Notes under the pieces: generated by a model
What the model was told of the DNA's origin: nothing
What the model saw: only the letters and a program-made list of their open reading frames with translations
Databases searched by the model: none
Assembly (NCBI GenBank): GCA_035635515.1
Contig: DASQAY010000059.1
Location: 1-31,116, forward strand
Direction of reading: 5' to 3'
Length of the DNA stretch: 31,116 nt
Origin: Candidatus Eiseniibacteriota bacterium
Lineage (GTDB): Bacteria > Chloroflexota > Dormibacteria > CF-121
Shown: positions 15,529 to 22,751 of the stretch, piece by piece
How positions within the stretch are numbered: the stretch's first letter is position 1
Layout of the letters: the number at the start of each line of letters is the position of its first letter
Translations under genes and position numbers: made by a program

Positions 15529-18326
15529 GCCAGCCGGCCGCCCCCGCCCTCAACCAGGCCCAGGAAACGGCGGTGGCGCACGGCAACGGACCCCTGCTGA
15601 TCATCGCCGGCGCCGGCACCGGCAAGACCCGCGTGCTGGTCGAGCGCTACCGGCGATTGCGGACTGAAGGGGTGCCGGCTGAGGCGATCCTGCTGCTCAC
15701 GTTCACCGACAAGGCCGCCCGCGAGCTGCTGGACCGGATCGAGCTGCTGGACCCGGCTCCCACCGCCGAGCGGTGGGTGACCACCTATCACGCCTTTGCT
15801 CAACGACTGCTGCAAGACGATGGCTGGGTGGCTGGGGTACCGCGGCCCTTCCACATCGTGTCCCAGGTGCGCCGGTGGGAGCTGATGCGGGATGTTCTGC
15901 TGGAGCTGCGCCCCGCCAGCCTCTTTCACCCGCAGCGCCCCTACGAGCAGATCGCGGACCTGCTGAAGCTCATCGAGCGGGCCAAGCAAGAGATGATCGG
16001 CCCGCCAGAGTTCCTACAATGGGCGGCCGCTCAGGCCCAGGCGGAGGATCCGCTGGTGCAGCGGCAGCGAGACGCGGCGGCCGTCTACGCCCGTTACCAG
16101 GCAGTCATGCTGGCCGGCTCGGCGATGGATTTCGACGACACCATCTTCTACAGCGTGCGCCTGCTCACCGAGCACCCGGCCGTGCTGGCCCGCCAGGCGG
16201 GGCGGTTCGCCTACCTGATGGTGGACGAGTTTCAGGACACGAACCTGGCCCAGAGCCGGCTCCTGGAACTGCTGGCGTCCAGCCACCGCAACCTGGTGGT
16301 GGTGGGAGACGATGACCAGTCGATCTACAAGTTCCGCGGGGCCTCGGTCGCCAACCTCAAGCGGTTTCAGCGGATCTTTCCGGAGGCGTTGGTGGTCCGG
16401 CTCGAAGAGAATTATCGGAGTCGGAGCCCCGTGCTGCGGGCAGCGGCCAGGCTGATCGCCGTCGATCCAGGCCGGCTGCCCAAGTCCCTCCTGTCGACCC
16501 GCGGCGAGGGCCCACCGCTGACGGTGATCGAGGCCAGTGGCGTGCTGGACGAGGCCGACGGCGTGGCTACGTATGTCAAGGATGCCATCGACGGCGGCCG
16601 CCACAAGCCCAGCCAGATCGCCATCCTGCTGCGCGCCAACGCCCATCTCCAGAATTTCGCCCGGGCCCTGCAGCGCCGCGGCGTCGCCTACCAGATCAGT
16701 GGGGGCCGGGGCTTTTACCAGCAGCCGGAGATCAAGGACTGCATCGCCTTCCTGCGCTCGGTCGAGTCGCCCGACGACCCGGTCTCGCTCTTACGGTTGC
16801 TCAGCCTGCCGCGCTACATGGACGATCCACTGGAAGCCGGCCGCTGGGCCCGGGTGGCGCGCGACCGCGGGCTGAGCCTCTACCAATACCTCGAATCGCG
16901 CGAGGAGCCCGGTGTCCGCCGGCTGGTGACCGACCTGCGCGGCTTCGCCGCCCTCCGCCTGCGGCTGGGGGTGGACGACCTCTTCTACGAGATCATGGAG
17001 CAGACCCGCTACCTCGACCTCGACCGCTTCCGCGGCGTGGTGGAACAACTGCAGGTGAGCGCCAACGTCCAGCGGTTGGCCGAGCTGATCGCCGAGTACT
17101 GCGACGAGCACCCGGACCATCACCTGAGCGCCTACCTGGCCCACCTGGCCACCACCGAAGCGGCACAGGCCGACGAGGAGATCGCTCCTCTGGATGAGCA
17201 CCTCAACGCGGTGCGGCTGATGACCGTGCACCAGGCGAAGGGATTGGAGTTCGAGCTGGTGATCGTTCCGCACCTGGTCGAGGGGCGCTTTCCCGCCCAG
17301 CGCCGGGGTGAGGGGCTGACCCTGCCCGACGCGCTACTCTCCGAGGACCTGCCGCCCACCGAGCTGCACCTGGCGGATGAGCGGCGGTTGGCGTATGTGG
17401 CGGTGACCCGCGCCCGGCAGGAGCTGGTGTGCACCTGGGCGCAACGCTACGAGGGGAGCCGCGACTGGCGCCCGTCGCGCTTTCTGGAAGCGATTCGTGG
17501 CCAGGAGGCTCGCGTCCTGCACGCCAAAGACGTGCTCGGTCCGGCCCCTCCGCTGGAGCTCTCCATCGTGCCCGGCCAGGTCGAGCTGCCCCTGCCCGAT
17601 GCGGCCCCCCTGCCGCCCCTCTCGTACACCGCGCTGGACAGCTATCTCCGGTGTCCGCAGCAGTACCAGTACCGCTTTGTGTTCCGGCTGCCGACGCGCC
17701 AGCGTCCGCAGATGCAGTTCGGTCGCATCCTGCACGACACCCTCAAGGACGCGTTGGGGGCGATCGAGGCCGACCGGCCGCTCACCTGGCAGATGCTGGA
17801 GGCGGCCTACGCGGCGGCCTGGGCGCGCGAGCGCTTTTGCGCGCCGGAACAGGCGCCCAGCCTGCAGGAGCTGGGGCAAACCTATTTGCGGCGGGCCTTC
17901 GACCAGGGCGACCTGAAGAAGGCGTTGCTGCTGGAGCAGCCGTTCAGCCTCCCCATCGACGGCCTGCGGGTGACCGGTCGCATCGACCGGGTGGACCGCT
18001 TGCCAGACGGTGGCTACGAGGTGATCGATTACAAGACGGGAGCCGCTCGGCGGGCCCAGGACTTGCAGCGCGAGCTCCAGTTGGGGATCTATGCGATGGC
18101 GGCCCGCGAGGTGTTCCGGTTCGACCCGCTGACCCTGAGCTACTACTACCTCGAGACCGGCGAGCGGGTGTCGGTGGAGAAGCCGGCGGCCCAGCTGGCC
18201 GAGGACCGGGCGGTCATCCGGCGGGCGGCCGAGGGAATCGCCGCCGAGCTCTTTCCGGCGCGCCCCGACCGGGTGAAATGCGCGGCCTGCGACTTTCGCT
18301 TGCTCTGCCCCAGCGCCGCGTTTTAG
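15525..18326 (+). CDS. UvrD/PcrA-like SF1 helicase fused to a C-terminal PD-(D/E)XK (RecB/AddB-like) nuclease with a four-Cys Fe-S staple
   Basis: Helicase motifs AGAGTGKT, VDEFQDTN, VGDDDQSIYKFRGA, LEENYRS, MTVHQAKGLEF and ERRLAYVAVTRAR. Nuclease motifs GRIDRVD...IDYKTG...QLGIYA. Cysteines in YLRCP and CAACDFRLLC. Confidence 0.93.
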   Translation: MSQPAAPALNQAQETAVAHGNGPLLIIAGAGTGKTRVLVERYRRLRTEGVPAEAILLLTFTDKAARELLDRIELLDPAPTAERWVTTYHAFAQRLLQDDGWVAGVPRPFHIVSQVRRWELMRDVLLELRPASLFHPQRPYEQIADLLKLIERAKQEMIGPPEFLQWAAAQAQAEDPLVQRQRDAAAVYARYQAVMLAGSAMDFDDTIFYSVRLLTEHPAVLARQAGRFAYLMVDEFQDTNLAQSRLLELLASSHRNLVVVGDDDQSIYKFRGASVANLKRFQRIFPEALVVRLEENYRSRSPVLRAAARLIAVDPGRLPKSLLSTRGEGPPLTVIEASGVLDEADGVATYVKDAIDGGRHKPSQIAILLRANAHLQNFARALQRRGVAYQISGGRGFYQQPEIKDCIAFLRSVESPDDPVSLLRLLSLPRYMDDPLEAGRWARVARDRGLSLYQYLESREEPGVRRLVTDLRGFAALRLRLGVDDLFYEIMEQTRYLDLDRFRGVVEQLQVSANVQRLAELIAEYCDEHPDHHLSAYLAHLATTEAAQADEEIAPLDEHLNAVRLMTVHQAKGLEFELVIVPHLVEGRFPAQRRGEGLTLPDALLSEDLPPTELHLADERRLAYVAVTRARQELVCTWAQRYEGSRDWRPSRFLEAIRGQEARVLHAKDVLGPAPPLELSIVPGQVELPLPDAAPLPPLSYTALDSYLRCPQQYQYRFVFRLPTRQRPQMQFGRILHDTLKDALGAIEADRPLTWQMLEAAYAAAWARERFCAPEQAPSLQELGQTYLRRAFDQGDLKKALLLEQPFSLPIDGLRVTGRIDRVDRLPDGGYEVIDYKTGAARRAQDLQRELQLGIYAMAAREVFRFDPLTLSYYYLETGERVSVEKPAAQLAEDRAVIRRAAEGIAAELFPARPDRVKCAACDFRLLCPSAAF

Positions 18327-18336
18327 CCGGCGGAAA

Positions 18337-19470
18337 CTACGATCGAGTTCTGGCCACCCTGGCCAGGAAGCGGGCAATCTTGAAGGCGGCCTGCGGGTCC
18401 ATCGCCTCTCGAGCCCGGCGGCGGTCGGCCTCCCGTTCCGGCTCTGGCTTGGCGTACCAGGCACGCACCGCCTCCACCAACTGGCTGACGTGTGGCACAA
18501 ACTGGCCCACCCGCAGGCGCAAGACCTCGCGCACGTTGCCGGTCTCCTGACCGGGGAGCCGGGCGGTGAGCAGCAGGGGACAACCACAGGCCAGCGCCTC
18601 GGCGATCATGCCGGGGCCGGCGCGGGTGACGACCAGGTCGGAGGCGAGCATGAGCTCCGGCATGTTGTCCACAAAACCGAAAACGTGGACCCCGGTGTGG
18701 CTCTCCTCCCGCAGGCGGCGGGCCAGCCGCTCGTTGCGGCCGCACACGGCCAGCACCTGCAGGTCGAGGGGGAGCGCCGCCAGGGCGCGCGCGTAGCGAT
18801 CGAGCGGCTCCGTGCCGTCCCCGCCGCCGACCAGTAACACGGTGGGGGCGTACGGTCGGAGCTTCAGCGCTTGCCGAGCGGTGCGGCGGTCGGGGTAGCG
18901 GCGGATCGCATCGGAGAGGCGGGGATGCACAGGGAGGCCGGCCCGGAAAAGCCGAGCCTCTGGGATGCCGCGCTGCCGGCAGAGCAGCATGGCTTGCTCC
19001 GACGGACAGACGACAAAGGAGGCGCGCGGGTCCGTCCAGGCGTGATGGAAGTTGATCCAGTCGGTGATCACGGTGACCAGGGGGACGGCTTGGGGCAGGA
19101 CATCGAGGGCGACGTGATTGAGGAGCGGATGGAAGCTGGCCACCAGTGCCGGTGGCGGATCCAGCAGCTGGCGCATGCGGGGGCGCAGCCCGCGGCCCAG
19201 GGTGCCCTGGATGGTCCGTACAGTGGGGGCGGCATTGGTGAGGTGGTACCCCAGCGCCCAGAGGGCGGGGGCGTGGCGGGTGATCGGGCCGTAGAGGGCG
19301 GTCACCCGGCGAGCCAGGATGCCGGCCTGGCGCGACATCGGGTCTTCCAGATCGACGCTGAAGCGCTGCGGGGCCACCCGCTCGAGGGCGGCTTGTACGG
19401 CTTCGGCCGCCACCCGGTGACCGGCGCCGGTTTCCGAGAACAGGAAGACCAGCCGCGGCCGGTCGGTTAA
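18337..19470 (-). CDS. GT28 / MGDG-synthase (UgtP-like) glycosyltransferase
   Basis: N-terminal LFSETGAGHRVAAEA, VITDWINFHHAW, GLPVHPR, VLAVCGRNERL, GFVDNMPELM...DLVVTRAGPG and PGQETGN. The motif lies upstream of the first canonical start (GTG 19413), so the 5' end given is tentative. Confidence 0.88.
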   Translation of the reverse strand, partial: LTDRPRLVFLFSETGAGHRVAAEAVQAALERVAPQRFSVDLEDPMSRQAGILARRVTALYGPITRHAPALWALGYHLTNAAPTVRTIQGTLGRGLRPRMRQLLDPPPALVASFHPLLNHVALDVLPQAVPLVTVITDWINFHHAWTDPRASFVVCPSEQAMLLCRQRGIPEARLFRAGLPVHPRLSDAIRRYPDRRTARQALKLRPYAPTVLLVGGGDGTEPLDRYARALAALPLDLQVLAVCGRNERLARRLREESHTGVHVFGFVDNMPELMLASDLVVTRAGPGMIAEALACGCPLLLTARLPGQETGNVREVLRLRVGQFVPHVSQLVEAVRAWYAKPEPEREADRRRAREAMDPQAAFKIARFLARVARTRS

Positions 19471-20519
19471 ATCAGCCGTTCGGCCGCCTGCATCTGCGCG
19501 CGTGTGCCGATGGCCACCAGCAGGTCGTCGGTTTCGAGCACTTGGGTGTCGGCGGGATTGATGCGCAGCTGCCCGCTGCGCTTGCGGATGGCGAGCACAC
19601 TGGCCCCCACCGCGCGGAGACCGGAGTCCGCCAGGGTGGTGCCCAGCAGCCTGGACCCAGTCGGGATCAGCAGCTCCTCGACCACCAGGTCGATGTTCTC
19701 GCCCTGCAGCACCGTGTCCAGCAGATCGACCGCAACCGGATGGATGGCGAGCGCCGCCATCCGATGCGCGCCCATTACATAGGGGGAGACCACCTGGTTC
19801 GCGCCGGCGCGCCGCAGCTTCTCGGTTGAATCCTGGAAGGAGGACCGGGCCACGATGAACAGCGCTGGGTTCAGGGCTCGCGCGGTCAGAGTGATGAAGA
19901 CATTGCGCTCGTCCGAGTCCACCGCGGTGACCAGTCCCTTGGCCCGCAGGATGCCGGCTTCCAGCAGGGCCTCGTCCGAGGCCGCGTCCCCCTCCACGAA
20001 CAGGACCTGGCTGGCCCGCAGCCGGCTGAGCGGCTCCGGGTTGGCCTCGACCACCACGAATGGCGTCCCAGTCTGGGTAAATTCAGCGGCCACCCCGGTC
20101 CCCATCCGGCCGTACCCGCAGACGATGTAGTGATCGTTCAGGCTCTCGACCCGCCGCTCCATTCGACGCCTCCTAGCGTAGCTGGCGAGCTGTCCCTCGA
20201 CGAGCAGCTCGCCGAAGATTCCAAACGTATACAACATGGTGCCCACCCCGCTGATGATCACCGTCATGTTGAAAATGCGGCCGGCTGAATCCAGGGGGTG
20301 GACCTCCTGGTAACCGATGGTGGTGACCGTCGTCATCGTCATGTAGACGGCGTCGATAAACGACCAGTGCTCTAGCACCATGTAGCCGGTGATGGCGTAG
20401 ACGAAGACCAGGGCCAGGGCCAGGAGTGGGAGCCGGAATCGCCGGAGCGGGCTGTGGGCTGGGACGGGAGTTTGACCTGGGGCTCGGCCGGGTACCGAGA
20501 TGATGTCACACCGTAACAT
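19467..20519 (-). CDS. Two-TM potassium-channel-family protein with TrkA_N/TrkA_C (RCK) domains
   Basis: WSFIDAVYMTMTTVTTIGYQEVHPL pore region, HYIVCGYGRMG Rossmann motif, EGDAASDEAL, RNVFITLTARALNP and a C-terminal TrkA_C. Start ATG 20519 is tentative. Confidence 0.9.
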   Translation of the reverse strand: MLRCDIISVPGRAPGQTPVPAHSPLRRFRLPLLALALVFVYAITGYMVLEHWSFIDAVYMTMTTVTTIGYQEVHPLDSAGRIFNMTVIISGVGTMLYTFGIFGELLVEGQLASYARRRRMERRVESLNDHYIVCGYGRMGTGVAAEFTQTGTPFVVVEANPEPLSRLRASQVLFVEGDAASDEALLEAGILRAKGLVTAVDSDERNVFITLTARALNPALFIVARSSFQDSTEKLRRAGANQVVSPYVMGAHRMAALAIHPVAVDLLDTVLQGENIDLVVEELLIPTGSRLLGTTLADSGLRAVGASVLAIRKRSGQLRINPADTQVLETDDLLVAIGTRAQMQAAERLI

Positions 20520-20638
20520 ACGATCTCGACCCTCACAATCCCGTACCGAGCCTGCCGCCGATCCAGAATTGACCCCACCGGGCTGGTCGAGGACGATGTG
20601 AGGAGCGCCCGGTTTACGGGACGTCCACAGGAGGCAGT

Positions 20639-21916
20639 ACGAGCGACCGCCGGCCACTGGCCATCGTCAGCGTCCATGCCTCGCCGCTCGCGGCCCTGGG
20701 GTCGCAGGAGAACGGCGGGATGAACGTGTACGTGCGCGCTGTCTGCGAGGAACTGAGCCAGCACGGCGTCCCGACCGAGGTGTTCACCCGCCGCACCGAC
20801 GACACCGGCCCGGACCGGGTCCGGCTGGCGGATCTCAGCTGGGTGACGCGTATCCAGGCCGGCGATCCGGCCGCCCCGGCCAAGGAGGACCTCTTCGACC
20901 TGCTCCCGGCCTTCACCCAGGCGGTCCTGGCCGAGCAGGAGCGGCGCGGCGTGGACTACCAGCTGATCCACAGTCACTACTGGCTCTCCGGCTGGGTGGC
21001 GCGGCGGCTGAAGGCGGAGTGGGGGATTCCCTGGTTTCACACCGCCCACACCCTGGCCCGCGTCAAGAATGAGCGGGCGGCCGCCGGGTCGATACCCGAG
21101 CCGGAACACCGGATCGCCGTTGAACAGGCCGTGGTCCGCGACAGCGACCGGCTGGTCGCGTCGACCATGGCCGAGGCCGAGGACCTGATTCGGCTGTATG
21201 GCGCCGACTGGGCCCACCTCACGGTGGTCCCACCGGGCGTCAGCCTCAAAGTCTTCGGGCCGCGGCCGACGCGGGAGCTGCGGCTTCGGCTGGGCTTGCG
21301 CGATACGCGCGTGATCCTGTTTGCCGGCCGGCTGGAGCGACTCAAGGGTGCCGAGACCCTGCTGGAGGCGTTCGCCATCCTGCAACGCCAGCCGCCGGTG
21401 ACCCAGCCGCTGGCCCTGATCGTGATCGGGGACGACAGCCACAACGGGGCGGTGGAGAGCCGCGCCGACGGGGGCGAGCGCCGGCGGCTGGAAGCCGTGG
21501 CGGCCCGGCTGGGGATTGCCGGCTCCGTTCGGTTCATGGGAGCGGTGGCCCAGGGCGCCCTGGCCACCTACCTGAGCCTGGCCGACGTCTGCGTCGTTCC
21601 CTCATACACCGAGTCCTTCGGGCTGGTGGCCCTGGAGGCGGCCGCCTGCGGCACACCCGTGGTGGCCGCCCGGGTGGGAGGCCTGCCGGCCATCGTCAAG
21701 GACGGGCTGACCGGCTATACGATCCCGGGGCACCAGCCAGCCCTGTACGCCGAGCGGATCGGCCAGCTGCTCCAGGACGATGAGCTCCGCCGTTGCTTCA
21801 GCCGGCGCAGCCGGATGGTCGCCACCCAGTTCAGCTGGGAACGGACCGTCGAGCGTCTGCTCGAGGAATACCGCCAGGCCGAGGAAGTCGAGCTGCAGCC
21901 GGCCGTGGGCCGCTAA
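20639..21916 (+). CDS. MshA-like GT4 glycosyltransferase (D-inositol-3-phosphate glycosyltransferase family)
   Basis: LAIVSVHASPL...GGMNVYV, IHSHYWLSG, HTAHTL and VPSYTESFGLVALEAAACGTPVVA. The first ATG (20720) falls inside the conserved N-terminus. The 5' end given is an ACG with AGGAGG upstream. Confidence 0.88.
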   Translation, partial: TSDRRPLAIVSVHASPLAALGSQENGGMNVYVRAVCEELSQHGVPTEVFTRRTDDTGPDRVRLADLSWVTRIQAGDPAAPAKEDLFDLLPAFTQAVLAEQERRGVDYQLIHSHYWLSGWVARRLKAEWGIPWFHTAHTLARVKNERAAAGSIPEPEHRIAVEQAVVRDSDRLVASTMAEAEDLIRLYGADWAHLTVVPPGVSLKVFGPRPTRELRLRLGLRDTRVILFAGRLERLKGAETLLEAFAILQRQPPVTQPLALIVIGDDSHNGAVESRADGGERRRLEAVAARLGIAGSVRFMGAVAQGALATYLSLADVCVVPSYTESFGLVALEAAACGTPVVAARVGGLPAIVKDGLTGYTIPGHQPALYAERIGQLLQDDELRRCFSRRSRMVATQFSWERTVERLLEEYRQAEEVELQPAVGR

Positions 21917-21946
21917 CTGCGCCCGCTGAAGTAACCCGCGGCGCCA

Positions 21947-22036
21947 TCCCCTCCCCCCGGGACTGGAGGGAGGGGAAACAAGCTCGCGCCATTCTCTCCC
22001 GCCCCAGCCTTGAAGAGAGCGGAAATGAGGCTGGGG
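21947..22036. repeat. Two GC-rich stem-loops between the mshA-like gene and tetR
   Basis: TCCCCTCCC/GGGAGGGGA (21947-21955 / 21968-21976) and CCCCAGCCT/AGGCTGGGG (22002-22010 / 22028-22036). No U-tract, so not called as intrinsic terminators. Confidence 0.7.
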
Positions 22037-22097
22037 TTGACAACCGCCCTGGGATTTGATTAACTGACCAAACTTAGTTGACTGACCATTCAATCAA
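22037..22097 (+). promoter_or_regulatory. tetR-mmpL promoter with two candidate TetR operators
   Basis: TTGACA at 22037-22042 and an imperfect -10 near 22060-22065. Palindromes TTAACTGA-N6-TTAGTTGA (22060-22081) and TTGACTGA-CCAT-TCAATCAA (22078-22097). Confidence 0.6.
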
Positions 22098-22749
22098 CCA
22101 GGAGCGCCATACCCGGGGAGGGGACCAGACCCGCGATCGGATCGTGGAAGCGGCCTATCGAGCCTTGCTGAAGCAGGGATACCACCAGACCTCCATGAAG
22201 GACATTGCCGCCGAAGCCGGGGTGGCGCCCGGGCTGGCCCACTACTACTTCGAGAGCAAGGAGGACTTGCTGGTGGCGGTCATCGACCGGGCCTGCCTGC
22301 CGCTCAAGCTGGAATGGGACGCGCAACGCCGCCTGCTGGGCGGCGAGGCTCCCAGCCCGGAGCAGGCGCTGTCGCAGGCTTTGGCGGGCTTCCAGTTCGC
22401 CAAGGAGGAAGTGCGGCGGTTTCTGGACATACATCGGCTGGTGTTCGACATGTTCGGGGTAGGGCTGCACAACCCACGCATTGCCGCCGCGGTGGCGCGG
22501 TTCATCAATGAGCGTCGCGAGGATATCGCGCTGATCGCCCGGGCGGTGGTGGCGGCCTCGGCGGTCAAGCCGGCCTCCGACCCGGAGGCGCTGGCGGCGG
22601 CCGTCTGGGGAGCCGTGAACGGCATCGTCCTGCAAAAGTTGATGGACCCCGACTTCGATTCGGATGCGGCGATCAACGCGCTCTCGGAGATGGCGTTCAC
22701 CCTGGCGGCCGTCCCGGTCCCCGCCAGGATCAGCGAGGGGAGGGAGTAA
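22078..22749 (+). CDS. TetR/AcrR family transcriptional regulator
   Basis: N-terminal HTH TRDRIVEAAYRALLKQGYHQTSMKDIAAEAGVAPGLAHYYFESKEDLL. TTG start. Confidence 0.93.
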   Translation: MTDHSINQERHTRGGDQTRDRIVEAAYRALLKQGYHQTSMKDIAAEAGVAPGLAHYYFESKEDLLVAVIDRACLPLKLEWDAQRRLLGGEAPSPEQALSQALAGFQFAKEEVRRFLDIHRLVFDMFGVGLHNPRIAAAVARFINERREDIALIARAVVAASAVKPASDPEALAAAVWGAVNGIVLQKLMDPDFDSDAAINALSEMAFTLAAVPVPARISEGRE

Positions 22750-22751
22750 CG

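Noticed and set aside
17620-18326. Cas4-like nuclease suggesting a CRISPR system
   Set aside because: The four-Cys PD-(D/E)XK domain is fused to a UvrD helicase, and no cas1/cas2 or array is present.
18665-18673. TTGTCCACA DnaA-box-like 9-mer inside the GT28 gene
   Set aside because: Isolated, and explained by the conserved GFVDNM codons.
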